Shown one piece after another: positions 28,725 to 38,889 of a stretch of DNA of 64,000 bases. A program made the translations under genes and the position numbers. Positions within the stretch are counted from its first letter, which is position 1. Each line of letters begins with the position of its first letter. Source of the DNA: Sphaerochaetaceae bacterium (GTDB taxonomy: Bacteria > Spirochaetota > Spirochaetia > Sphaerochaetales > Sphaerochaetaceae); NCBI GenBank assembly GCA_041655255.1, contig JBBAFS010000002.1, forward strand, positions 718 through 64,717, in the 5' to 3' direction. The notes under the pieces were generated by a model that did not search any database, was not told the DNA's origin, and worked only from the letters and a program-made list of their open reading frames with translations.

Positions 28725-29684
28725 TTAGTCGGCATACACATCTTCGAAAATAGATTCAAAGGTAGGTTCGGGGCTCATTTGTGCAAATTCAAGAGAGTCT
28801 TGAATCTCTTGTGCAACAAGGGAATCGATCTCTTGAAGCTCTTGTGTCGTCAAAATGGAGTGTTCAAGGAGGTACTTACGATGTCGATCGATGGGACATT
28901 TGAGTTTCCACTGCTTAACTTCATCTTGAGAGCGGTACACTTGAGCATCACTTTTTGAGTGACCTAACCATCGGTAGGTTTCAAGGACCATCAACATAGG
29001 ACCATGTTCTAAGACATACTCTTTTGCTTTGAGAGTCTCTTGATAGACCCGAATAACGTCATTGCCGTCGATGGTGAGTCCTTTGATTCCGTAGCTGATT
29101 GCACGCTTTGAGATATCATCGATATTCATCGACTCGTGTTGAGGGGTACTCATTCCGTATAAGTTGTTTGTACACACAAAGATGATAGGAAGCTTTTTCA
29201 CTGAAGCTAAGTTTAATGCTTCATGAAAGGCTCCTGTATTAGAAGCACCATCTCCAAAATAAGAGACAACAATATTACCAGTTTGGCGATACTGTTGTGT
29301 GATGGCTGCTCCTGTGGCAATGGGGATTCCTCCACCAACAATACCGTTGGCTCCTAAAGAGCCTAAGGCAAAGTCAGCCATATGCATGCTTCCCCCTTTC
29401 CCTTTACAATAGCCATCTGCCTTTCCGAAGAACTCGGCCATCATCCTTTTTACACTCATCCCTTTGCCAATTGATTGAGCATGACCTCGGTGTGTTTGGG
29501 TAATGTAATCTGAATCACTAAGTGCTACACCAACTCCAACACCTGTTGCCTCTTCTCCGACGCAAAAATGACTTGTCCCATGCATTTTTTTAGCACGAAA
29601 CAACTCATCAGCAGCAAGTTCGAATTGGCGAGTGAGCACCATTCTATAATAGAGTTTTTTGTGTATATCTATTGTTAGTTCCAT
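28725..29684 (-). CDS. 2-oxoacid (pyruvate/acetoin) dehydrogenase E1 component alpha subunit (TPP-dependent)
   Basis: TPP motif YFGDGASNTGAFHEALN...NN. The start at MELTIDIH (29684) gives the usual length of about 320 aa. The ORF-track extension to 29813 is unlikely. Confidence 0.88.
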   Translation of the reverse strand: MELTIDIHKKLYYRMVLTRQFELAADELFRAKKMHGTSHFCVGEEATGVGVGVALSDSDYITQTHRGHAQSIGKGMSVKRMMAEFFGKADGYCKGKGGSMHMADFALGSLGANGIVGGGIPIATGAAITQQYRQTGNIVVSYFGDGASNTGAFHEALNLASVKKLPIIFVCTNNLYGMSTPQHESMNIDDISKRAISYGIKGLTIDGNDVIRVYQETLKAKEYVLEHGPMLMVLETYRWLGHSKSDAQVYRSQDEVKQWKLKCPIDRHRKYLLEHSILTTQELQEIDSLVAQEIQDSLEFAQMSPEPTFESIFEDVYAD

Positions 29685-29885
29685 TAAAAACAATCCTTTT
29701 TGAGAGTCTTGGTATAACACAAACGCACCAACAATCATCTTCGTTGGTCTAAGAGTGTGTGTACACAGTGCCTTGTAGATTGTACTTGAGAGATGAGAGT
29801 TGTCAAGCACCACAGATGTATCTTAAAGCGAGCAAGCACCAGATGGAGGCTCTCTCTCTTGTTGTTTAGCTATTGATTAGATAGA

Positions 29886-30548
29886 TTGTCTTCTATGGAA
29901 AAAGAGAGAAGTCTCAACATCATACGACTATTTCAATACCTTATACCCATTGTCCTTGTCGTAACTGTCTCTTATTTTGTGGTGTTTCACAGTAAATCAA
30001 GCATCTCCATGTTAGAAGAACTTCATCAAAACCACCCCATAGTGACAGTAGTGGCGTTTTGGGGGTTGTACTTGTTGAAGTCGGTCTCTTTTGGCTTACC
30101 ATTTATGGTGCTATATGCAGCTGTTGGAGCTCTCTTTCCCCTTGGGTGGGCACTATTAATTAACATATGTGGCATTCTAATTAATATGCAAATCCCTTAT
30201 CTCTTTGGCCGTTATGCGGGTCAAGCTGTGGTACAAAAAGTGATTGTGAGATTTCCTAAGTTACAGTATATTGAGCGCTTTAGCCATGAGTCGGCTTTTA
30301 CTTTTTCTTTCATGGTGAAATTTATTGCTAAAATTCCCCATGAGATTACCAACTTGTTTTTAGGATCTCTCAAAGTTCCATACGCCGCTTATATAAGCGG
30401 CGGGTTATTAGGCTTACTCCCAACGATGGCTACAGCTACCTATGCGGGAGTTCACCTCTCAAATCCCACCTCATTAGAGTTCATTATCTCCTTTTCAGCT
30501 TTTGTCCTTATTACCCTTGGTTCTCTTTTCCTTTTCAAACGCCGCTAA
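29886..30548 (+). CDS. TVP38/TMEM64 (DedA-related) family membrane protein
   Basis: About 220 aa, multi-TM, with a VTVVAFWGLYLLKSV...P segment typical of the SNARE-associated/TVP38 family. Confidence 0.65.
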   Translation: MSSMEKERSLNIIRLFQYLIPIVLVVTVSYFVVFHSKSSISMLEELHQNHPIVTVVAFWGLYLLKSVSFGLPFMVLYAAVGALFPLGWALLINICGILINMQIPYLFGRYAGQAVVQKVIVRFPKLQYIERFSHESAFTFSFMVKFIAKIPHEITNLFLGSLKVPYAAYISGGLLGLLPTMATATYAGVHLSNPTSLEFIISFSAFVLITLGSLFLFKRR

Positions 30549-30613
30549 GATATGCAGAGGACCCATTATTTGTTATACTTTTGACCAGTATTATCAATGT
30601 CGGAGGCATGTAA

Positions 30614-31150
30614 GTGGATTTTCTTCAAAATATGGGACCTTGGATTTATGTCGTTATCTTTTTTGGTAAAATATTAGAGGTAACAGTGTCCACGCTTCGA
30701 ATGGTCTTAATCAACCGTGGAGAGCGTATGAAAGGGACGATTATCGCCTTTTTTGACATTCTTCTTTGGTTGATAATTACAGGAACTGTCTTACAAGGGT
30801 ATCAAGAAGATCCTTTGAGAATCTTTATCTTTGCCTTTGCTTTTGCTGTTGGAAATTACACTGGCTCTTGGTTTGAAGATAAACTTGCCTTTGGGCTCAG
30901 TTCGATGCAAGTTATTGTACCAGTGGTAGAAGAGCAAGAATCACTAGCAACACTTCTTCGATCTCGAGGGTATGCTGTGACTGTATTGATGGGCACTGGA
31001 CGCAATGGGCCAAGAGAGATTCTCCTTCTACATGTAAAAAGGAAACAGATTTTAGATGCTGAACACTTTATTAAAGAGAACTCCCCTGATGCAGTGATGG
31101 TTGTGTCTGATTCGAAAGTTATTAGTGGTGGATATATCGCACGAAAGTAA
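30614..31150 (+). CDS. UPF0316/DUF2179-family membrane protein
   Basis: 178 aa. N-terminal TM helices with EVTVSTLRMVLINRGER and a C-terminal soluble DUF2179-like domain. Confidence 0.65.
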   Translation: MDFLQNMGPWIYVVIFFGKILEVTVSTLRMVLINRGERMKGTIIAFFDILLWLIITGTVLQGYQEDPLRIFIFAFAFAVGNYTGSWFEDKLAFGLSSMQVIVPVVEEQESLATLLRSRGYAVTVLMGTGRNGPREILLLHVKRKQILDAEHFIKENSPDAVMVVSDSKVISGGYIARK

Positions 31151-31182
31151 GAGTTGTCGTTCTCTTTCGCACAAGGAGTCAA

Positions 31183-33078
31183 TTGATGACTAACGGGTTT
31201 ATAAGAGTTGGGGTTGCCACCCCATCACTGAAAGTAGCTTCTCCATCTTACAATAGCCAACAAACTATTGGCTTGATGAATCAAGCCGATAAAGAGGATC
31301 TCGCTTTAGTGGTATTTCCTGAATTAGGATTAACATCCTACACAGCGGGAGATCTTATTCTTCAAAGCACCCTTATTCAAGGAGCTTTACAAGAGTTATT
31401 AGTTATTGTAGAGGCTTCAAAGAGTGTAGAAGTTATCTCGGTTGTTGGTCTTCCTCTCTTACATCGCCAAAAATTATATAACTGTGCAGCTGTAATTCAT
31501 AAAGGGGAGATTCTAGGAATTATCCCTAAAACTTACATCAGTGATTACCAAGAGTACCAAGAAAGTCGTTACTACCAAAAAGCGCCACAAGAACATACCA
31601 CAGTGATGATCAACGACAAACGTATCCCCTTTGGGACAAAGTTGCTGTTTCAATCAAAACATGTCCACTCTTTCACCTTTGCAGTAGAGATCTGTGCCGA
31701 TATGTGGGCACCATCGACTCCTTCAACGACCCATGCTCTACATGGAGCTACCATCATAGCTAACTTATCTGCAAGTAATGAACTTATTGGGAAAAAGGAA
31801 CTTCGACGCTCGTTGGTGACAAACCTCTCATATAAAACAATCAGCGGCTACCTCTTTGCCAGTAGTGGCATAGGGGAGTCTACAACCGATGCAGTATTTG
31901 GTGGTCACAACCTCATTGTTGAACATGGAAACTTACTAGCGGAATCTCCTTTCCCTTTTGAAGGGTTGATTAGTAGTGAAATAGATACTGAGTATCTTCT
32001 TCATAAACGAGCCCTTATTTCACTATTTGCTTCGTCCGAAGATCAAGAGTATCACACAATAGTATTTGACCAACCACCCAAAGAGACTTCGTTAACTCGA
32101 GTAATTGAGTCTCACCCTTTTGTCCCATCACACAACAAAGAACAAGAGTTAGAAACAGCTTTAACAATTCAAAGTTTAGGTTTGGTAAAAAGATTACAGC
32201 ATCTGTCGATGAAAAAGATTGTGATAGGAATTTCAGGAGGCTTAGATTCTACCTTAGCAGCCTTGGTAGCCGTTCGAGCTTTTAATACCTTGAAATTACC
32301 TTTAAGTGGGATTATTGGGATAACGATGCCCTGCTTTGGAACAAGTAAACGAACATACGAAAATTCACACCGTCTAGCAAAGCTCTTGGGTATTACCCTT
32401 AAAGAGATTGATATCACAGAAAGTGTGCGCCTCCACTTTAAAGATATTGGGCACGACCCAAAACTCTTAAATGCGACATACGAGAATGCCCAGGCACGAG
32501 AACGGACCCAAGTTCTCATGGATATAGCAAATAGTGAAGATGCGTTAGTTCTCGGTACTGGAGATCTCAGTGAGCTAGCCTTAGGGTGGGCTACATACAA
32601 CGGCGATCACATGTCGATGTATGCGGTGAACACCTCAGTTGCTAAAACATTAATTCCACATCTTATTCGTCATGAAGCAGGCATCTTACAAGATGACGAA
32701 TTACGTGAATTATTAGAAGACATTATTGCCACTCCAGTGAGTCCTGAATTACTTCCCGACTCTCAAGAGACCGAAAAACTCATTGGGCCTTATGAGTTAC
32801 ACGATTTTTTCTTATACCGGATGGTGGAACGAGGTGATAGTCCAACAAAGATTGTACGAGTAGCAGAACATGCTTTTAAAGGCTCTTATACAAAAGAGAC
32901 GATCGTACAGTACCTCACCTTATTTTATAAGAGATTTTTCTCTCAGCAATTTAAGCGCTCTGCCCTCCCCGATGGACCAAAAGTGGGAGTTGTTTCTCTC
33001 AGTCCCAGAGGAATATGGAATATGGCGAGTGATAGTGATGTCTCATTATGGCTTGAGGAGTTAAAAGCACTCTCTTAA
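31183..33078 (+). CDS. nadE: Glutamine-dependent NAD+ synthetase (CN-hydrolase domain plus NAD synthase domain)
   Basis: 631 aa. Nitrilase-type FPELGLTSY / EICADMW residues, PP-loop GISGGLDS. Confidence 0.9.
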   Translation: MMTNGFIRVGVATPSLKVASPSYNSQQTIGLMNQADKEDLALVVFPELGLTSYTAGDLILQSTLIQGALQELLVIVEASKSVEVISVVGLPLLHRQKLYNCAAVIHKGEILGIIPKTYISDYQEYQESRYYQKAPQEHTTVMINDKRIPFGTKLLFQSKHVHSFTFAVEICADMWAPSTPSTTHALHGATIIANLSASNELIGKKELRRSLVTNLSYKTISGYLFASSGIGESTTDAVFGGHNLIVEHGNLLAESPFPFEGLISSEIDTEYLLHKRALISLFASSEDQEYHTIVFDQPPKETSLTRVIESHPFVPSHNKEQELETALTIQSLGLVKRLQHLSMKKIVIGISGGLDSTLAALVAVRAFNTLKLPLSGIIGITMPCFGTSKRTYENSHRLAKLLGITLKEIDITESVRLHFKDIGHDPKLLNATYENAQARERTQVLMDIANSEDALVLGTGDLSELALGWATYNGDHMSMYAVNTSVAKTLIPHLIRHEAGILQDDELRELLEDIIATPVSPELLPDSQETEKLIGPYELHDFFLYRMVERGDSPTKIVRVAEHAFKGSYTKETIVQYLTLFYKRFFSQQFKRSALPDGPKVGVVSLSPRGIWNMASDSDVSLWLEELKALS

Positions 33079-33145
33079 ATGTATCTTTTTGTGTTAAGAG
33101 TTGTTTACCTACGTGGATGATAGTATTACATCAAAGGAGATAACT

Positions 33146-33754
33146 TTGACCCATTTTCGTAGAATATTCATTCTTATATGCCTATTGTTGCTTACAGTAA
33201 CAACTCTTTCAGCTCGAGACCTCTTTGAAGTGAGCTTAGGAGTCAGTGGTGTGTACGACGTAAGAGACTACCCCCTTATTGAGGGACTTGGTGAGAGTTC
33301 TCATTGGACATTAGGCGTTGGCTTGCACACTCGAGTTTCACTGTTAGAGACCTCATTTGAGGCACTCCTTCCGTACAGTAACGGAGGTGATGGAGAAATA
33401 GTATCGCTATTAACAAGTGCAGCTCTTAGTTTCCCACTTATAACCGATACACTCTATATGAATATAGGAGGGGGACTCACAACCGAGTTTTCCTACTCTG
33501 ATGACTCACCTCAAACCTTTATTAATGGAGTAGAAGCTGATTCGATCACTTTTGAAGATGCTATGAATTCTTCCACACTCCATCTGAAATTTGCCATCGA
33601 CTTTTTATTGGGGAAAGCCAAAATTGGTATGTACTATATCATGAACAGTGCCACTACGTTATCACACGTAACTGATGCAGGAGGGTGGTTAAACCTGTTA
33701 AGGTCCTCAAAAAAGGATAAAATTGGCATAGGAATTCAGTTAGCTTTGTTTTAA
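33146..33754 (+). CDS. Putative small outer-membrane beta-barrel protein, paralog 1
   Basis: TTG start 7 nt after AAGGAG, signal peptide, beta-strand-rich sequence, C-terminal ...GIQLALF. Confidence 0.6.
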   Translation: MTHFRRIFILICLLLLTVTTLSARDLFEVSLGVSGVYDVRDYPLIEGLGESSHWTLGVGLHTRVSLLETSFEALLPYSNGGDGEIVSLLTSAALSFPLITDTLYMNIGGGLTTEFSYSDDSPQTFINGVEADSITFEDAMNSSTLHLKFAIDFLLGKAKIGMYYIMNSATTLSHVTDAGGWLNLLRSSKKDKIGIGIQLALF

Positions 33755-33835
33755 TATTTAATTAATGAAACCTTTTAGGTTTACTACTGTTTCTATATAA
33801 GTGAGGCCCTCGGGCCTCCGTAAGGAGAAATGTTC

Positions 33836-34438
33836 ATGAAAAGGGTAGTTATACTAGCGATTGTCTTGTTTTTCATCCTTCCAAGTGTTCTATTTGCAAG
33901 CATAGCTTCATTGAATGTTGGAGCAACAGCACAATTTAAGCTTGCTACTGGAGAGGTGGAAGCAGACCGACTCTCTGAATTAGAGAACTGGGATTTTGGA
34001 CCCGAACTTCGTTTTAGATTCCTTTTTGCCGAAGTGGTTGCTGCAGGATTATATAGTGGAACCGAAGATGACGGCCATAAGATTAGCGGAATTCTTACCG
34101 GTGGAGTCTCATTAGATGTCCTTGGATTTTTACGAGTAGGTTTAGGAATGGGGCCAAGGATGGGCGTCTCTTTTGATAAAGATTTCGGAAATCCACAAGT
34201 GATAACCCCTTTAGGACCTACTAGCACATTAGAGGGATTTGGTGATGCATTTATGAATGCACCGATGACCTTTAGAGCTACTGCTGATCTGAAGTTGGGG
34301 AAATTTCTTATGGGTCTTACCTACATGATTGACAGTAATGGCTTTACTTTTAGTGATGCCGATTATGATAAACTTCTTCCAGACTTTGAAAACACTCAAG
34401 GAAGAGTTGGAGTTTCGTTGTTGTATAACTTGTTTTAA
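33836..34438 (+). CDS. Putative small outer-membrane beta-barrel protein, paralog 2
   Basis: Signal peptide MKRVVILAIVLFFILPSVLFA, shared motifs with its neighbours (NW..G.E.R; GF(T)[FY]S...LLPD[FW]...G..G), C-terminal ...LLYNLF. Confidence 0.6.
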   Translation: MKRVVILAIVLFFILPSVLFASIASLNVGATAQFKLATGEVEADRLSELENWDFGPELRFRFLFAEVVAAGLYSGTEDDGHKISGILTGGVSLDVLGFLRVGLGMGPRMGVSFDKDFGNPQVITPLGPTSTLEGFGDAFMNAPMTFRATADLKLGKFLMGLTYMIDSNGFTFSDADYDKLLPDFENTQGRVGVSLLYNLF

Positions 34439-34450
34439 GTAGGAGTTGTT

Positions 34451-35092
34451 GTGAAGCGGTTAGTGACTCTTTTGTTCATCATTTGTTTGTTTCTCGTCCC
34501 ATTAACAGCTGGTAGATTGTTCTCTGTTGGATTTGGTTCTATGAGCCAACTCCAAATTGATCTCACCGATTCAAATGTACAACCCGCTTCAATCATCGAT
34601 GTTCATAACTGGGCAACTGGGTTTGAAGTAAGAACAACAGTGTTAGGTATGAACACTGAAGCTTATATGCTTATTCAACAAGGTGACATTATTGATGTAA
34701 CTGAGGGGGGGATGCCTGTGTATGCCGATGACGTCGCCCAAAAGCTATTTGGGATGGTTGCTGTCGGCTTTACGACCAAATCATCTCCCCTGACAACGTT
34801 AAGCTTTGGAGCTGGAACTCGGTTAGGAATGAATGTCTCTCCCGATTTTGGAGTTGAGTTCTGGGCAGGAGATGAATCAAACCTGTATACTCAAAAGAGC
34901 ACTGAAGAGTTTTTCTCCGATATGATGATTGCTTATCGAATACGACTCGATCTCAATATTAAGAAGATTTCATTTGGCCTACACTACGAAGTTCCCTCTA
35001 GTGGATTTACCTATTCGCAGCCTGAAACCGAACTCCTTATTCCCGACTGGAGTCAAGGAAAAATTGGGGCTGCAATGATTGTGAGTTTATAA
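34451..35092 (+). CDS. Putative small outer-membrane beta-barrel protein, paralog 3
   Basis: GTG start after GGAG, signal peptide, same motif order as paralogs 1 and 2. Confidence 0.6.
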   Translation: MKRLVTLLFIICLFLVPLTAGRLFSVGFGSMSQLQIDLTDSNVQPASIIDVHNWATGFEVRTTVLGMNTEAYMLIQQGDIIDVTEGGMPVYADDVAQKLFGMVAVGFTTKSSPLTTLSFGAGTRLGMNVSPDFGVEFWAGDESNLYTQKSTEEFFSDMMIAYRIRLDLNIKKISFGLHYEVPSSGFTYSQPETELLIPDWSQGKIGAAMIVSL

Positions 35093-35094
35093 GT

Positions 35095-35514
35095 ATGAGC
35101 TCGGTAGCCTCTTTTATAAAAGCTATTATTGTTGCCCTTGTTCTCTTTTTCCTCATCTTCTTTTTCTTTCCCGAGTATTCAGAGCGATACTTTGGTTTTA
35201 GTTATGAGAGTGAACAATACCTTACATTAGTCAAAGAGAGTGCTACCTCCCCCAATGTTATCGATGTGAGAGGCTCTGTATTAGAAGAGTATAAAAAGAG
35301 CATTGAACATGAATTTGTGAGTGAAGAGTTACGCCATGCAGTAGGAACTGAGGAAGTTGTACAACTGTTTGGCTCGTATTGGCAACGATTTGGATTTGAA
35401 AAAGAGCTCACTCGAAGCGAATATGAGAGGGCATTAGAAGCTCACTTACGCAATGAAACCCTTTTTTCTCCCCGCCAGGTTAATACCTTAAGACGCTTGT
35501 TGTGGTCGCTGTAG
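35095..35514 (+). CDS. Membrane-anchored hypothetical protein
   Basis: 139 aa, one N-terminal TM helix. Begins 2 nt after paralog 3. No recognisable motif. Confidence 0.45.
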   Translation: MSSVASFIKAIIVALVLFFLIFFFFPEYSERYFGFSYESEQYLTLVKESATSPNVIDVRGSVLEEYKKSIEHEFVSEELRHAVGTEEVVQLFGSYWQRFGFEKELTRSEYERALEAHLRNETLFSPRQVNTLRRLLWSL

Positions 35515-35568
35515 GAACATCTGGTCGCTTTATCCATTGTGTCGTATGATGAAGTGATGGAGAATCCT

Positions 35569-38286
35569 ATGAGTAACAAGAAGAAAAACCTATATATTAT
35601 AGATGGCTATTCGCTTATCTATCGCTCCTATTTTGCTTTTATGAATCGCCCTTTGCGAGATATGGAAGGAAATAACGTCTCTGCCTTATTTGGATTTTTC
35701 AATACATTGTTGATGATCGTGCGAGAATACCCTGTCGATTATCTTGTTATTGCTATGGATACTAAAGGGCCAACGTTTCGTCATGAGCTGTATAGCCAGT
35801 ATAAAGCGAACCGTGATGCAGCTCCTCAAGATCTTCATGACCAAGTCCCTAAAATTCAAGCTATCTTGGATGCAGCACACATTGCCCACATTGGCATCAG
35901 TGGCAATGAAGCCGATGATATCATCGCTTCACTCTCCCGTAGTGCCACCAACCAAGGCATTCATACGGTGATGGTCACCGGTGATAAAGACCTTCTTCAA
36001 TTAGTTAATGAACATGTATCAGCCTTACGACCTCCTAAAAAAGGAGAAAGTCGCTACCGAGAAGTTGGCACTGATGAAGTAATTAAAGAGTTTGGCATCT
36101 CCCCTGATCAGATTATCGACTTTTTAGCCCTTACTGGAGATTCATCAGATAATGTGCCAGGAGTGAGTGGAATAGGACCCAAAGGGGCACTGAAGCTCCT
36201 TGAGCAATACCCAACTCTTCAAGAGATCTACGACCACATTGAAGAGCTCTCTCCGGGGGTAGCCAAAAAACTCACTGAATCCAAAGAGATGGCTTTTTTA
36301 AGTAAAGAGTTAGTCACACTCAAAGATGATGTCTATCCAGTTCATTCTTTTGAAAAAAGTGAATATAGAGTTGAAGATATCAAGTGGGATCAGGCGATAC
36401 CTCTTTTTGAACAAGCACAAGCAAAATCTCTTATCGCAGCTATTGAAAACTTAGGTCATTCATCTACTGACTCTGTTCAAAGTGAACCAGTACAAAAGAA
36501 GGGGACGTACCACCTCATTGATGATATTGCAACACTGAAAGAGGTCTTTGGCCAGATGTCCCAAAGTAGTGCAATCGCCTTTGATCTAGAGACTACCAGC
36601 ACCAATGAGATGGAAGCTGATATTGTCGGTTTCTCTTTTACCAACAAAGCGTATGAGGCGTGGTATGTCCCTTTTGTTGCCCAACATAAAGAGATGTTAG
36701 ATCCCGAAGAGGTAAGACCTCTTTTAATGGAACTTCTCGTAGAGAAGAATATCCCCCTTATTGGGCAAAACCTTAAATATGATTATAAGGTGCTTCGCAA
36801 TTGGGGAATTCCAAAGATGAACCTCTTTTTTGATACCATGGTGGCAGCTTGGATTATCGACTCTGCCTCTCCTCAATATAATATCGATTTTCTAGCTCAA
36901 AAATATCTCGATGGATATACCACTGTTCCCTTCTCTTCTTTGGTAGACAAAGGGGGGACATTCAAAGATGTCCGTCTAGAAGATGCTGTATTGTATGGAG
37001 CAGAAGATAGTGATCTCACCTTTAGGTTATATGAGATCTTTCACTCCCAATTAGAAGAGCGTAACCTCCTTTCACTGTTTCAAGACATTGAGATGCCATT
37101 GGTAACTATTCTCAGTGAGATGGAACTCAAAGGGATCTTATTAGATACGCAACGTCTAAAGGAGTTTTCTCAAGAGGTAAACACACGTATTAAAGCAATT
37201 GAAGAGGAGATCTACGACGAGGTTGGTTTCCCCTTTAACATTAATTCAACGAAACAACTTCAAGAGGTTCTTTTTGAGATGCGAGGTCTTACCCCCATTA
37301 AGAAGATTAAAACGGGGTATTCTACCGACACCGATACCTTAGAGCAGTTAGCACACCTAGATGCAGTTCCTGCCCTTATTTTGCAAAACAGGACGTTAGT
37401 TAAATTAGCCAATACCTACATCGAACCACTTCCCGCTCTTGTCGATGAAAAAACCCATCGTCTTCACACCTCATATACCCAAACAGGAACTGCAACAGGA
37501 CGCCTTTCAAGTCGGAATCCAAACTTACAAAATATTCCTGTTCGTAACGAAGATGGGAAAAGGATTCGTGAAGCATTTGTTGCTCCAAAAGGATCGCTAT
37601 TATTATCAGCAGACTACTCTCAAATTGAGTTAGTTGTCTTAGCTCATCTCTCTCAAGATAAACAACTGATGCAAGCCTTTGTTGATGGAGAAGATATTCA
37701 CACCCACACAGCTTCAATCATCTTTGAGATGATGAAAGAGTTAGTAACCCCTGAACAGCGTCGTATTGCAAAGACAATCAACTTTGGGGTGATGTATGGA
37801 ATGAGTGCCTTTAGACTCTCAAATGAGCTTGGTATTACACGCAAACATGCCCAGCAGTTCATCGATGACTACTTTAACCGCTTTAGTTCTGTGAAAGCCT
37901 TTATGGCATCTATTATTGAAAAAGCACAAAAAGAGGGGAAAGTTCACACAATGTTACAACGTGAACGATTTGTCCCTGAAATTAATAGTCGTAATAATGT
38001 AGAGCGCTCACAAGGAGAGCGTATTGCTGTTAATACAGTAATTCAAGGTTCTGCTGCCGATATTATGAAACTAGCGATGATCAAAGTTGTTGATGAGATG
38101 GAACAAAAGAACCTTCACAGTAGACTTTTATTACAAGTCCACGACGAATTAATCTTTGAAGTTCCTGAAGATGAACTTTCTCAGATGAGAGATCTCGTTG
38201 TCTCAACGATGGAAGGAGCTTACCCACTTTCAATTCCTCTTAAAGTGAGTGTGGAAGTTGGACCTTCGTGGGGAGAGATGAAGTGA
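35569..38286 (+). CDS. polA: DNA polymerase I (5'-3' exonuclease, 3'-5' exonuclease-like and polymerase domains)
   Basis: LYIIDGYSLIYRSYFA, DLETTS, polymerase motifs RRIAKTINFGVMYG and QVHDELIFE. I prefer the start at MSNKKKN (35569). Confidence 0.95.
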   Translation: MSNKKKNLYIIDGYSLIYRSYFAFMNRPLRDMEGNNVSALFGFFNTLLMIVREYPVDYLVIAMDTKGPTFRHELYSQYKANRDAAPQDLHDQVPKIQAILDAAHIAHIGISGNEADDIIASLSRSATNQGIHTVMVTGDKDLLQLVNEHVSALRPPKKGESRYREVGTDEVIKEFGISPDQIIDFLALTGDSSDNVPGVSGIGPKGALKLLEQYPTLQEIYDHIEELSPGVAKKLTESKEMAFLSKELVTLKDDVYPVHSFEKSEYRVEDIKWDQAIPLFEQAQAKSLIAAIENLGHSSTDSVQSEPVQKKGTYHLIDDIATLKEVFGQMSQSSAIAFDLETTSTNEMEADIVGFSFTNKAYEAWYVPFVAQHKEMLDPEEVRPLLMELLVEKNIPLIGQNLKYDYKVLRNWGIPKMNLFFDTMVAAWIIDSASPQYNIDFLAQKYLDGYTTVPFSSLVDKGGTFKDVRLEDAVLYGAEDSDLTFRLYEIFHSQLEERNLLSLFQDIEMPLVTILSEMELKGILLDTQRLKEFSQEVNTRIKAIEEEIYDEVGFPFNINSTKQLQEVLFEMRGLTPIKKIKTGYSTDTDTLEQLAHLDAVPALILQNRTLVKLANTYIEPLPALVDEKTHRLHTSYTQTGTATGRLSSRNPNLQNIPVRNEDGKRIREAFVAPKGSLLLSADYSQIELVVLAHLSQDKQLMQAFVDGEDIHTHTASIIFEMMKELVTPEQRRIAKTINFGVMYGMSAFRLSNELGITRKHAQQFIDDYFNRFSSVKAFMASIIEKAQKEGKVHTMLQRERFVPEINSRNNVERSQGERIAVNTVIQGSAADIMKLAMIKVVDEMEQKNLHSRLLLQVHDELIFEVPEDELSQMRDLVVSTMEGAYPLSIPLKVSVEVGPSWGEMK

Positions 38287-38876
38287 AAGTAATTGGACTC
38301 ACAGGTCGATACAATTCAGGAAAGAACTATATTGCCTCCCTCTTAGAACAAAAAGGGGCTACCCTGATTGATGTTGATACCTATGGCTATGAGGCACGAG
38401 AGAGTGCAAAAGAGCGATTAGTTGAAGCCTTTGGAAGTGAAGTTCTCACTTCCACTGCTGAAATAGATCGCTCGTTTTTACGAGAAATAGTCTTTTCTGA
38501 TTCAAAGAACCTTAAAGTCCTTGAATCAATTGTCCATCCTCAGATGGTAAAGATGGTACAAAAGCAGATCAAAGAGCACAAACAAAGAGGGACAAAAGCT
38601 CTTGTTATAAACGCTGCCCTGTTACAACGGATGAATTTACACAAAGAGTGCGATGCTATTATCTATCTCTATGCCCCTTGCTTTGGGCGTCTCTTTCGTG
38701 CGATAAAACGAGATAGCATCTCTTGTAGCTCTTTTGTACGTATAGAGAAAGCACAAAAAGATATCACCAAAAAGGGACTTAAAGGGACCTTTAGTGTTAC
38801 CAAAGTGACGAATTGGGGGCCTAAGGCATTTATTTATCGACAAGTCGATAAGTTTTGGGCTAGTATGGACGCATAG
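38283..38876 (+). CDS. coaE: Dephospho-CoA kinase (divergent P-loop)
   Basis: VIGLTGRYNSGKN...IDVD...IVHP pattern of CoaE. GTG start overlaps the polA stop (GTGA). Confidence 0.7.
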   Translation: MKVIGLTGRYNSGKNYIASLLEQKGATLIDVDTYGYEARESAKERLVEAFGSEVLTSTAEIDRSFLREIVFSDSKNLKVLESIVHPQMVKMVQKQIKEHKQRGTKALVINAALLQRMNLHKECDAIIYLYAPCFGRLFRAIKRDSISCSSFVRIEKAQKDITKKGLKGTFSVTKVTNWGPKAFIYRQVDKFWASMDA

Positions 38877-38889
38877 GAAGACGCAATCT

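Noticed and set aside
33793-34227. 144-aa minus-strand ORF opposite OMP paralog 2
   Set aside because: It is entirely antisense to a gene with a signal peptide, an SD and paralogs. Its composition is Pro/Ser/Arg-rich and low in complexity.
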